Source: Candidatus Zambryskibacteria bacterium RIFCSPHIGHO2_01_FULL_43_25
Lineage (GTDB): Bacteria; Patescibacteriota; Minisyncoccia; Phycocordibacterales; Zambryskibacteraceae
DNA: 64,000 nucleotides
Assembly: GCA_001823695.1 (NCBI GenBank)
Contig: MHVD01000002.1
Span: 15,215 to 79,214 of the forward strand
Direction: 5' to 3'
In this document: in pieces, positions 1 through 8,476 of the stretch
Layout of the letters: every line of letters begins with the position of its first letter
Numbering within the stretch: position 1 is the stretch's first letter
Notes under the pieces: model-generated
The model's input: only the letters and a program-made list of their open reading frames with translations
Told to the model about the DNA's origin: nothing
Databases searched by the model: none
Program-made: the position numbers and the translations under genes

Positions 1-680
1 GCACTAAATACGCATCATTTATAAAAGCCCTTAGAACAAAGAAGGGCATTTCGCAGTTAGTAGTAGCCGAAAAACTCGGACTTTCACGTCAATCCTACAT
101 GGCTGTAGAGCGTGGAATACGCGAAATGACATTACAGGAAGCAGAAAAACTATGCGAACTGTATGGCATTTCAATTGAAGAACTTTCAAAAGTAACTGCT
201 CCGCAGTATGAAAAATACAAGCAGATGATTCTTGCGTATCTCAAATCTCCAGTATCAACAGATGGACGAGTGCCGAAAACGAAACTTGCAAAACTTCTCT
301 ATCTTGCCGACTTTGCTTGGTATTACAAAAAACTGGAAAGCATGAGTGGAATGCAGTACTTACGTCGTGCCTACGGGCCGGTCCCTGATTCGTACTTCCG
401 TGCGCTCGACGAACTTGAGGAGGAAGGAAAGATAACGATAGATCGCAAGGGAGAAGCAATGCTTGTGTCTATTGGTGCGGGAGCAATCCGTCATAAGCTT
501 GATCTTCTGCAAGGTGAAGAAGTAGAGCTTATGAAAAAGATTTCCACAAAATGGAAAGGTAAAAGAACTCAGGAAATTGTCGATTTTACGCATGAACAGC
601 TCCCGTACAAACTGTGTGCGCCGGATGAGGTTATTCCTTACGAACTAATCACACAGGAAAATCAGGAGTATGTCTACTAA
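1..680 (+). CDS. XRE-family HTH fused to DUF4065/Panacea (SocA-like) antitoxin domain; 5' end lies outside the window
   Basis: The frame is open from position 3 (TKYASFIKALRTKKGISQLVVAEKLGLSRQSYMAVERG, a Cro/C1 HTH). It is followed by the Panacea motifs KLAKLLYLADF, YGPVP and THEQLPY. Confidence 0.85.
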   Translation, partial: TKYASFIKALRTKKGISQLVVAEKLGLSRQSYMAVERGIREMTLQEAEKLCELYGISIEELSKVTAPQYEKYKQMILAYLKSPVSTDGRVPKTKLAKLLYLADFAWYYKKLESMSGMQYLRRAYGPVPDSYFRALDELEEEGKITIDRKGEAMLVSIGAGAIRHKLDLLQGEEVELMKKISTKWKGKRTQEIVDFTHEQLPYKLCAPDEVIPYELITQENQEYVY

Positions 681-1065
681 TTATGCGGTCATTGTAGAAA
701 AATTTGCCGAACGACATTACATCTCAAAATTTAAGAAAAAGCATAAAAATGCTTGGGATATTACATGGAACGCTATCGCAGAGCAATTTAAGCGCATAGA
801 ATCACTAATCGGAATTAATAGTATTGTGGAGATAATCTGCGATGCTGGCGACATAAAGATTTGTAAAACAGAATTTCGAATCGCAGGGCCTGGAAAATCT
901 AGGCATGCTTCGGGGAATAGGTGCATTATCGTGGTGCAGAAAAGTAGCGCGGTTGTACATGTGCTTCTTGTATACTCAAAAGGAGACATTGGTGGGACGA
1001 ATGAGACAACAGGGTGGAAAACAGTTATAAAAGATAACTACCCAGCGTATAGAGCTCTTTTATAA
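670..1065 (+). CDS. Putative RelE/HigB-like toxin
   Basis: It overlaps the antitoxin stop, is 131 aa long, and has GKSRHASGNRCII...VLLVYSKGD, resembling the RelE/HigB2 GKSGGxRVIY...LLxIYxK pattern. Confidence 0.6.
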   Translation: MSTNYAVIVEKFAERHYISKFKKKHKNAWDITWNAIAEQFKRIESLIGINSIVEIICDAGDIKICKTEFRIAGPGKSRHASGNRCIIVVQKSSAVVHVLLVYSKGDIGGTNETTGWKTVIKDNYPAYRALL

Positions 1066-1147
1066 GTTCGGATAGTCAACGGTATTTTCTCCCTTATCCG
1101 AACAGCTAGTTCAACAAGTAATTGCACCACTTCTGTAAAATGAAGTG

Positions 1148-1222
1148 ATGAAATATAAACATTTTTCAATTGAGGAACGCGAACAAATCCAGGAATTTGT
1201 CTGGCAGAGAGTATCTCTGCGG
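1148..1222 (+). pseudogene. IS30-family transposase N-terminal remnant
   Basis: ATG at 1148 gives MKYKHFSIEEREQIQEFVWQRVSLR, which matches the IS30 HTH_38 start (YKHLSxEERxxI...SxR). The frame then degenerates into T-rich sequence and a stop. Confidence 0.65.
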
Positions 1223-1321
1223 AAATTTGAAGAGTTTTTTGTTTTTTTGTTGACTTTTATAGCTATTTTACTAACATTCTGATTAGGCATAGTACACAGA
1301 GAACTGAATAGGAGGTGGCAC

Positions 1322-2095
1322 TTGACCACGTCTTTGTTTTGGCAGCTCTTTGCCGAGAAAAAGCCGATCATCGCAATGGTTCATGTCTTCGATGGTAAAC
1401 GTCAACGGCAACTTGACCAAGCCCTTGAAGACACTGAACGGCTCCAGCGGGGTGGTGTAGATGCACTACTCGTAGAGAACTATGACTGCGGGTATCTCGA
1501 CGCGAACTGTGCTACTGATGAGATGGCGGAACGGCTCGCCGAAATCGCCATCGCAGTCAAGAAGCACTCGAAAGTCCCCGTCGGCATCAACATCCTCCCG
1601 AATGATTACTGGAAGTCGTTCTCGGTAGCACTTTCTACTGGCGGCGTGTTCATCCAGATGGACCACATCACCGGCGACTTCGGTGGTTGCGAGTCGGTTG
1701 ATCCTGATGATTACCTAGCAACACGAGAGTGCTATCGTAGCGTCGCGGTCTTCGGCGGCATTCATCCCAAATACTATGAGCTCCTAGAGCCGACTTGCTC
1801 ACTCGCGGAATGCGCAAGGAAAGCAATGTCGCTTGCGGACGCAGTGGTAGTAACTGGGCAAGTCACAGGTGATCCTGCGACTCTTGATGACCTTCGCGTT
1901 GCGCGGGAGGCAATAGGCGAGCATCCTCTCGTCATAGGAAGTGGCCTGACTCCACAGAATGTACAGGCGCAACTTGCTATTGCTGACGGCGCGATTGTTG
2001 GCACAGCATTCAAGAGGAGTGGTGTGCGGCCCAGTGAGCCGGTTGATGTTGAGTTGGTCAAGCAACTTATGGACGAAGTTGCGAAGTTACGATAA
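1322..2095 (+). CDS. BtpA/SgcQ family TIM-barrel protein
   Basis: Motifs KPIIAMVH, GGVDALLVEN, GINILPND, ADAVVVTG..TG, GSG and ADGAIVGT. An SD (AGGAGGT) precedes the TTG start. Confidence 0.9.
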   Translation: MTTSLFWQLFAEKKPIIAMVHVFDGKRQRQLDQALEDTERLQRGGVDALLVENYDCGYLDANCATDEMAERLAEIAIAVKKHSKVPVGINILPNDYWKSFSVALSTGGVFIQMDHITGDFGGCESVDPDDYLATRECYRSVAVFGGIHPKYYELLEPTCSLAECARKAMSLADAVVVTGQVTGDPATLDDLRVAREAIGEHPLVIGSGLTPQNVQAQLAIADGAIVGTAFKRSGVRPSEPVDVELVKQLMDEVAKLR

Positions 2096-2109
2096 ACACA
2101 GTCAGTACG

Positions 2110-2146
2110 GGGCGTCTCGATGCGTCGAGCGCCCTTTCTGTTTCTT
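2110..2146 (+). terminator. Intrinsic terminator
   Basis: Hairpin GGGCG-T-CTCGA/TCGAG-CGCCC followed by a T-rich tail. Confidence 0.7.
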
Positions 2147-2201
2147 AACTTTGATTTTAATGTGTTATAATTTGATATATATAAGCTAATTTAAAAACAA
2201 T

Positions 2202-2408
2202 ATGTTTTTTGGATACCTTCTTGTTGTTGTAGGTTCCTGGTTCTTCCTTGAGAACATGGGAGTAATCGCCGAGTTGCCGACAGGACTCTATTGGCCGGTA
2301 GTTGTCATCATTATCGGTTTGTGGATGGTTGGCAAGCGCAAGGGCTACTGGTGTGACCATGGAAAACATGGAAACTGCGATAAATGTGGCAAGGGTGGAA
2401 TGAACTAG
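2202..2408 (+). CDS. Small 2-TM membrane protein (LiaF/DUF5668-like) with Cys/His-rich tail
   Basis: Two hydrophobic segments, the WPVVVIIIGL motif and a C-terminal CDHGKHGNCDKC. Confidence 0.6.
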   Translation: MFFGYLLVVVGSWFFLENMGVIAELPTGLYWPVVVIIIGLWMVGKRKGYWCDHGKHGNCDKCGKGGMN

Positions 2409-2416
2409 CAGTTTTG

Positions 2417-2857
2417 ATGTCAGAAGATAAAAAAATCTCCGAAGAGGAAATCAAAGAGAAGCTTTCCGCTGAAGCATATAATGTGCTTCGCCGAGGCGGG
2501 ACAGAGGCGCCATTTTCCGGCGAATATGTTCATACCAAAGATAGGGGAATGTATAAGTGCAGGGTGTGCGGCTCGCAACTTTTCTCGTCTGATACGAAGT
2601 TTGATTCTGGCACTGGCTGGCCGAGCTTTGACTCGGCAATACCTGGAAGCGTTGAGTTCGTAGAAGACCGCTCTTATGGCATGGCGAGGGCAGAAGTCAG
2701 GTGCAAGAAGTGCGGTTCTCATTTGGGCCATGTGTTTGACGAACCTTCGGCAAGCTCAGGACAGGTGGATGGCCAGATACTTCGTCAAGACGGCAAACCA
2801 GTAACAAAAAGGTATTGTATAAACTCGGTATGTCTGGACCTGGAGAAAGACAAGTAA
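2417..2857 (+). CDS. msrB: Peptide-methionine (R)-S-oxide reductase MsrB
   Basis: Motifs GTEAPFSG, KFDSGTGWPSF, HLGHVF, RYCINS and two CxxC. Confidence 0.95.
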   Translation: MSEDKKISEEEIKEKLSAEAYNVLRRGGTEAPFSGEYVHTKDRGMYKCRVCGSQLFSSDTKFDSGTGWPSFDSAIPGSVEFVEDRSYGMARAEVRCKKCGSHLGHVFDEPSASSGQVDGQILRQDGKPVTKRYCINSVCLDLEKDK

Positions 2858-2944
2858 AAATTTCTAATTAACCCGAACAATTTTTACTTTATAAAATTTG
2901 AACGGGCAAGCCTAGTTTCTAATTGACCTAAAATAATAAAAAAC

Positions 2945-3565
2945 ATGACAAACAACAAAGGAACAAAATTTTTAATAAGTTTGCTTGTTGTCATCATAAT
3001 TATTCTGGCCGCTTTTTTGTTTCGGGACAAATTCTCCAAAAAGGAAGTTGTGCCGGAAGGCAGCGTGCTGGAGACCAAAGTTGCCGAAAAAGAAGTTTTT
3101 ACAAATGAAAAATACGGTTTCTCCCTGTCATTTAAAAGTAGTTTATCCGCAAAAAAATTGAGTGATAGGCAATTTTCAATAATTAACGGCGGTGAAGAGG
3201 TAGTTCTGGAAGGAGTGGTTCTGGACAATGCTGGAGAATCTGAGCTTCAAAGTTATGAAGAATTTGTCTTGGACAGTTCAAGACTTCTGTGCGCCGAACA
3301 GCTTGAATCAGAATCCAAATGTTTGCTCATAGAGGATATTAGCTCCTTTACCTCCAGCGCGGGAGTAACGGGCGAGATATTTTATATTCGCGGCATTGAG
3401 CCAAATAGTGGAGACCTGCGCGGGCCGGTCTTTGCTTTTAATGTCTCGGACGAAAGCTCGGGGACAGTAAGCGCCCTGCTCATCTTTAGCCCGTTTAATC
3501 AGACTTTTTCCCAAGGTCGCGACGGCTTGGTGCGGGAGATTGTTGACACTGTTGAGATTGATTAA
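2945..3565 (+). CDS. Hypothetical membrane-anchored/exported protein (PsbP-like start motif)
   Basis: N-terminal TM helix, FTNEKYGFSLSF and a Cys pair. Confidence 0.6.
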   Translation: MTNNKGTKFLISLLVVIIIILAAFLFRDKFSKKEVVPEGSVLETKVAEKEVFTNEKYGFSLSFKSSLSAKKLSDRQFSIINGGEEVVLEGVVLDNAGESELQSYEEFVLDSSRLLCAEQLESESKCLLIEDISSFTSSAGVTGEIFYIRGIEPNSGDLRGPVFAFNVSDESSGTVSALLIFSPFNQTFSQGRDGLVREIVDTVEID

Positions 3566-3748
3566 ACCACAGTCGGTGGATAGTGCTTTTGACTTTTGTT
3601 CCAAATCTGGTAGAATAGCTCCTATGTAAGTTGTGTCTCCCAGGGTTTTCTTAGGGTGTGTACGCATTTGTGTCTCATCGAGAAAAAAGCAAGAGAGTTT
3701 CTAGTCGCCTTACATCAGTAGAAGTAAAAGACTAGACAAGTAAGTTAA

Positions 3749-4012
3749 ATGAACAAGAGATTGTTTGTCGGCGGTATTCCGTGGGCGGCTACAGAAGATG
3801 AGCTTCGTAGCGCCTTTGAGAAAGCCGGCACTATCGTTGACCTTCAGATCAGGAGAGATCCTACGAGGGACAATCAGTCGAAAGGTTTCGGCTTTGTCGA
3901 AATGGCGACTGATGAGGAGGCCCAAGCGGCTATTGATCTGCTCAATGGAAAAGACTTCCAGGGCAGAACTCTGACTGTCAATGAAGCTCGTCCGATGAGA
4001 CGACCAGAATAA
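3749..4012 (+). CDS. RRM RNA-binding protein
   Basis: RNP2 LFVGGI, RNP1 KGFGFVEM and LTVNEARP. Confidence 0.95.
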   Translation: MNKRLFVGGIPWAATEDELRSAFEKAGTIVDLQIRRDPTRDNQSKGFGFVEMATDEEAQAAIDLLNGKDFQGRTLTVNEARPMRRPE

Positions 4013-4024
4013 GTAGATATTCTT

Positions 4025-4069
4025 GCAAAACCCCTCGCGCCGCCACTGGCGGACTGCGAGGGGTTTTGT
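4025..4069. terminator. Intrinsic terminator hairpin
   Basis: GCAAAACCCCTCGC...GCGAGGGGTTTTGT, with an inner CCGCCACTGGCGG. Confidence 0.75.
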
Positions 4070-4085
4070 ATTATTATAGTTATAT

Positions 4086-5183
4086 ATGGATGCCGGTAAT
4101 TTACTTGTATTGTCTATCATTGTTGTTTTGGTTCCTTATTTCCGGCGGATGTTTTTTTATAACCAGGAATCGCATAAGGAGCCAAGGCCCACAGGTGACA
4201 GGTTGCCTGTATTTGATTTCCTAAGGGGCGTTGCGATAATGGCCGTGGTAATTATCCACGTCGCCTGGGTTTATATTTTGAGCAATCCCGACAGAAGCGA
4301 CATCTTCTTGTTTTTTGTAAACAATGTCTCCCGTTTTGCCATATCAATATTCTTTATTGTTTCTGGCGCACTGCTTCAAATCGGCGATCTGTCTCTTAAG
4401 AGTTTGGCAAAATTTTACAGGACGAAACTAATAAGAGTATTTTTGCCCTATATTTTGGTCGTATCTTTCCTATCTTTCTATTTCCAGGATTCTTTCAGCG
4501 AGTTTGCTTACAATTTACTGACGGGAAACTCCTTACCGCCGTTTTATTTTATTATTATACTTTTGCAGTTCTATATTATATTTCCGTTTCTTTCAAAGTT
4601 TCGCACCAACAAATATCTTTTGCCGATAAGTTTTGTCATTTCTTGGGTCTCTTTTCTAGTGCCCGCTCTTCTTAGTCTCGGCGGGGTTCCGTTTTTCGGG
4701 CAATATTTGTTCTTTTTTGCATACGGTCTTACTCACCGAAACCAGCTTATTGCCGAATCAGCCAAAAAAGGAATTGATAAGAAGAAAATTAAATTGTGTT
4801 CAGTCCTTGTATTGCTGTACTTGTTGATTTGTCTTCTTGACCCAGGATATTATTACAACACCCAGCTGATCTATGGAACTGCCGTTTTCGTGATTCTCTT
4901 TGAGATATACAAAAAATATTATTCCGGACTTATCGCAAAACTTTTTGTATTATTCGGAAGTTTGAGCTTGTGGATCTTTTTGCTCCATTTCCCGATTACG
5001 GAAATGTTTACAATAAAAATTCCAGCTCTAGTCGGTGAATTTTATCCAGCTTTTTACATATCGGCAATATTGTCATTAGTTTTCAGTCTAGCCGTTGCCT
5101 TTGTTGCGAGCCGTCTTTTCTCTTTTATAAAAAAATACCTGATGTCTTATACTTTAGATTATAATAAGTCTATCAATGAATAA
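4086..5183 (+). CDS. Acyltransferase family 3 (OafA-like) membrane O-acyltransferase
   Basis: FDFLRGVAIMAVVIIH, FFIVSG, SLWIFLLH and many TM segments. Confidence 0.9.
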   Translation: MDAGNLLVLSIIVVLVPYFRRMFFYNQESHKEPRPTGDRLPVFDFLRGVAIMAVVIIHVAWVYILSNPDRSDIFLFFVNNVSRFAISIFFIVSGALLQIGDLSLKSLAKFYRTKLIRVFLPYILVVSFLSFYFQDSFSEFAYNLLTGNSLPPFYFIIILLQFYIIFPFLSKFRTNKYLLPISFVISWVSFLVPALLSLGGVPFFGQYLFFFAYGLTHRNQLIAESAKKGIDKKKIKLCSVLVLLYLLICLLDPGYYYNTQLIYGTAVFVILFEIYKKYYSGLIAKLFVLFGSLSLWIFLLHFPITEMFTIKIPALVGEFYPAFYISAILSLVFSLAVAFVASRLFSFIKKYLMSYTLDYNKSINE

Positions 5184-5646
5184 TAGCCGTCAGTTAATAG
5201 TAATTGGAATAATTTTTCTCATTGCTGTTATTCTGTTTGGTTTTTTTGCCCTGAAGCATGACGGCCGCGATGTAGGGAATAATTCCCTTGAATTCACCGA
5301 TAGGATACAAGTAGGGGATGACTTTATCAATGTGGCAATTGCCGACTCTCCGGAAGAACAGGCGAAGGGGTTATCGGACCAGTTGCCAATTGAGAGCCAT
5401 CAGGGTTTGCTGATCACCTTTCAGTCAAGCGGAATATATAGCATATGGATGAAGGACATGAAATTTGCTTTGGATGCAATCTGGATAGATAAAAATGGAG
5501 AAGTTGTTGATATAAAAACCAATTTAACTCCGGAAACGTATCCGGCGGTGTTTACTCCAAGGGTTCCGGCTTTGTATATATTGGAAATTCCGGCTGGTTC
5601 GGTCGAAAATTTCGGCATAAAAATAGGAGACAAGGTGGTTTTTTGA
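5176..5646 (+). CDS. DUF192 domain protein
   Basis: IADSPEEQAKGLS, WMKDMKFALDAIWI, YILEIPAG and GDKV. Confidence 0.9.
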   Translation: MNNSRQLIVIGIIFLIAVILFGFFALKHDGRDVGNNSLEFTDRIQVGDDFINVAIADSPEEQAKGLSDQLPIESHQGLLITFQSSGIYSIWMKDMKFALDAIWIDKNGEVVDIKTNLTPETYPAVFTPRVPALYILEIPAGSVENFGIKIGDKVVF

Positions 5647-5671
5647 GATATCTATCAATCTTTTCGGCTTG

Positions 5672-5906
5672 CCCCGTTAGATAAATACTAAAATATCACC
5701 GTTTGTCTGACATGTTTTATTGCCGACGTAGAGCGAGGGTGCTGGAAAGTCAGCAGACTTTCCAGCACCGAGCCGAGGAGAGCAAAAAAAGGTTTAATGC
5801 CCCGCCCCTCTGGGGCGAACCCGTGCGAGCTCTCCGCCGGCTGGCGGAGAGCTCCAAATCGGGCCCAAGGTCCTGCCCTGGGGTTAATACCTTTTATTTA
5901 ATGGGG
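5672..5906. mobile_element. MITE-like structured intergenic element
   Basis: Imperfect 14-bp terminal inverted repeats CCCCGTTAGATAAA / TTTATTTAATGGGG (2 mismatches) enclose several GC-rich hairpins. Confidence 0.45.
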
Positions 5907-5920
5907 TATAATAAATACGT

Positions 5921-6946
5921 ATGCAAAAAATCAAAGTTGCTGTAAACGGTGCGGGACGCATAGGCCGTGCTTTCATAAAGTTGGCCATTGAGAGGGAAGA
6001 AATAGAAATCGTCGCCGTGAATGATCTCGGCGATATTGAAAATATAGCTTATTTAATTAAGTACGATTCCGTTTACGGCAAGGCGCCGTTTGAAGTGTCT
6101 GTTGAAAGTGATGTTCTTAATCTGGGCGGGAAGAGGATAAAATTTATTTCTGAAAAAGAACCCGCAAAGTTGCCATGGGCCGAGCTTGGCATTGATGTCG
6201 CGGTGGAATCAACCGGTTTTTTTGTTACTTATGAAGAAGCAAAGACTCACCTTGATGCAGGGGCAAAGAGAGTGATAGTTACCGCTCCCATGAAAGATGA
6301 CCCGCATCCGGAAATCCCCGGGGCCACTGTGCTTATGGGTGTCAATGAGTCGCAACTCTCAACTTGTGTTATAAGTTCAAATGCCTCTTGCACTACAAAT
6401 GCGGCAAGTCCACTTATAGCAATTCTTGATGAAGCGTTAGGTATTGAGAAGGCGGTTCTAAACACCGCGCACGCCATGACAAACAGCCAGCCCACGGTGG
6501 ATGGGCCGAACAAACATAATGTTCGGGAAGGAAGAGCCGCTTCGCACAATATCGTGCCGAACACAACGGGTGCGGCAATCGCGGTTACGAAAGCTTTTCC
6601 CAAGCTCTCCGGCCTTTTTGACGGGGTGGCTATGCGGGTTCCTGTAATCGCCGGTTCAATGGTGGATGTTACGTTTATCTCAAAGAAAATGACCAGTAAA
6701 GAAGAGGTGAATGAGATACTGAAAAATGCATCTAAAGAAGAACGTTGGAAGAAGGTTTTCTCCGTTACCGAAGAAGAGCTGGTATCAAGCGACATAATAG
6801 GGAGTCGCTATGGCGCTATAGCAGATTTGTCCCTCACCCGGGTTGTCGGCGGCAATCTAGTGAAAGTTCTGGCGTGGTATGACAACGAAATGGGGTATAC
6901 ATATACTCTTTTGGAACATGTGGTGAAAGCAGGCCAGGGAATATAA
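5921..6946 (+). CDS. gap: Type I glyceraldehyde-3-phosphate dehydrogenase
   Basis: NGAGRIGR, SNASCTTN and WYDNEMGY. Confidence 0.97.
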   Translation: MQKIKVAVNGAGRIGRAFIKLAIEREEIEIVAVNDLGDIENIAYLIKYDSVYGKAPFEVSVESDVLNLGGKRIKFISEKEPAKLPWAELGIDVAVESTGFFVTYEEAKTHLDAGAKRVIVTAPMKDDPHPEIPGATVLMGVNESQLSTCVISSNASCTTNAASPLIAILDEALGIEKAVLNTAHAMTNSQPTVDGPNKHNVREGRAASHNIVPNTTGAAIAVTKAFPKLSGLFDGVAMRVPVIAGSMVDVTFISKKMTSKEEVNEILKNASKEERWKKVFSVTEEELVSSDIIGSRYGAIADLSLTRVVGGNLVKVLAWYDNEMGYTYTLLEHVVKAGQGI

Positions 6947-6951
6947 TTAGT

Positions 6952-7257
6952 ATGAAAAAATACAATAAATTGGTCAGGGATAGAATTCCGGAAACTCTTG
7001 ATTTGAAAGGTATACCATATGAAAAGAGGATTGCATCTACGGAGGAATATAGAAATGAACTCATAAAAAAACTCAAAGAAGAAGTGGATGAATTTATGAA
7101 AGAAGAAAGTATGGGTGAACTAGCTGATGTTGTGGAGGTTGTTGAATCACTAAAAATCTTGGATGAATTTAAAGACGTTGAAAAACTTAGAATTCAAAAG
7201 AAAGAAGAAAGAGGAGGATTTGATAAAAGAATAATTCTTAAGGGGGAAAAGGATTGA
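6952..7257 (+). CDS. MazG-like / phosphoribosyl-ATP pyrophosphohydrolase-like protein
   Basis: YNKLVRDRIP, KLKEEVDE, ELADVVEV and K..ERGGF. The gene is AT-rich. Confidence 0.85.
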   Translation: MKKYNKLVRDRIPETLDLKGIPYEKRIASTEEYRNELIKKLKEEVDEFMKEESMGELADVVEVVESLKILDEFKDVEKLRIQKKEERGGFDKRIILKGEKD

Positions 7258-7277
7258 TATAATTAATTTTTAGTATA

Positions 7278-7748
7278 ATGAAAATCTTTATAGGTACAGA
7301 TCACGCCGGTTTAGCACAAAAAGAGAGAATAATCTCTTATCTAAAAGAAGCTGGTTATGAAGTGGTTGATTGCGGTGCTTATGAATATGATGAATCAGAT
7401 GACTACCCAGATTTTGTTATTCCTGTAGCCAGAGAAGTTTCCAGAAACCCGCAAGGCGTCAGAGGGGTGATTCTTGGCGGATCCGGACAGGGGGAAGCGA
7501 TGACGGCAAACAGGCTTCACCATGTCAGGGCGGCAGTTTACTATGGCGATAAGCGCTCTCTAACGAACAATATATCAATACTTGATCTGGCTAGGACCCA
7601 CAATGACGCGAATGTGCTGGCTTTGGGTGCGAGGTTCATTACAGACGAAGAAGCCGTAGATGCGGTGAGGTCTTGGCTTGAAATTCCATTTTCAAACGGC
7701 GAGCGGCATAAAAGAAGAATTGCCAAAATGGAGCGGGCGCACGAGTAG
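7278..7748 (+). CDS. rpiB: Ribose-5-phosphate isomerase B
   Basis: IGTDHAG, DYPD, GGSGQGE, ARTHNDANVL and RHKRRI. Confidence 0.95.
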   Translation: MKIFIGTDHAGLAQKERIISYLKEAGYEVVDCGAYEYDESDDYPDFVIPVAREVSRNPQGVRGVILGGSGQGEAMTANRLHHVRAAVYYGDKRSLTNNISILDLARTHNDANVLALGARFITDEEAVDAVRSWLEIPFSNGERHKRRIAKMERAHE

Positions 7749-7771
7749 TACTATAGCGAATTTCTAACGGG

Positions 7772-8476
7772 ATGGCAGATGTAATTCCAGCAATAATACC
7801 CAAAAGTTTTTCGGACTTGGAGGAGAAACTCTCCTTAGTCTCCGAGTTGGTGTCTTTTGTTCAAATTGACGTCTTGGACGGCCAATTAACTGCGGAAAAA
7901 TCCTGGCCAATGATTGATATACCGGACCCCGATTTTTCTAGAATTATAAAAGAGGAAGATAGCCTGCCTTTTTGGGAAAAATTGGATTTTGAAGTTGACT
8001 TAATGACCCTAAAACCCGAAACCCTAATTGACAACTGGGTTTTTGCCGGTGCAGCTAGGGTGATAGTCCACTATGAGTCTTTTCCGTCGGCGGATGTTGC
8101 CGAAAACACCATATCCGAATTTGTCAAAAAATTTTCAAACAAAGATTCGCTTATAAATACCGAAATTGGCGTCGCTCTAAATATTGATACGGATATTTCT
8201 GCCGTGGAAAAAATGATTGGAGAAATTAATTTTGTCCAACTTATGGGTATAGCGCACATTGGTTATCAGGGTGAGCCGTTTGATGAGAGGGTATTGGGTA
8301 AAGTAAGAAGTTTGCGGCAGAAGTACAGAGAACTTATAATTAGCATTGACGGCGGAGTGAATGAAGAGTCGGCGCCACGCTTGGTAGAAGCAGGGGCGAA
8401 TCGGCTCGTTGTCGGCTCTGCTTTGCTTAAAAGCGATAACATAAAAGGAACTTACGATTTCTTCAAAAACCTCTAA
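7772..8476 (+). CDS. rpe: Ribulose-phosphate 3-epimerase family protein
   Basis: QIDVLDG, GYQGEPF, IDGGV, GANRLVVGS and the pentose-phosphate context. Confidence 0.85.
   Translation: MADVIPAIIPKSFSDLEEKLSLVSELVSFVQIDVLDGQLTAEKSWPMIDIPDPDFSRIIKEEDSLPFWEKLDFEVDLMTLKPETLIDNWVFAGAARVIVHYESFPSADVAENTISEFVKKFSNKDSLINTEIGVALNIDTDISAVEKMIGEINFVQLMGIAHIGYQGEPFDERVLGKVRSLRQKYRELIISIDGGVNEESAPRLVEAGANRLVVGSALLKSDNIKGTYDFFKNL

Noticed and set aside
5703-5945. 80-aa ORF upstream of gap
   Set aside because: It has a TTG start with no RBS, overlaps gap, and is better explained as structured repeat DNA.
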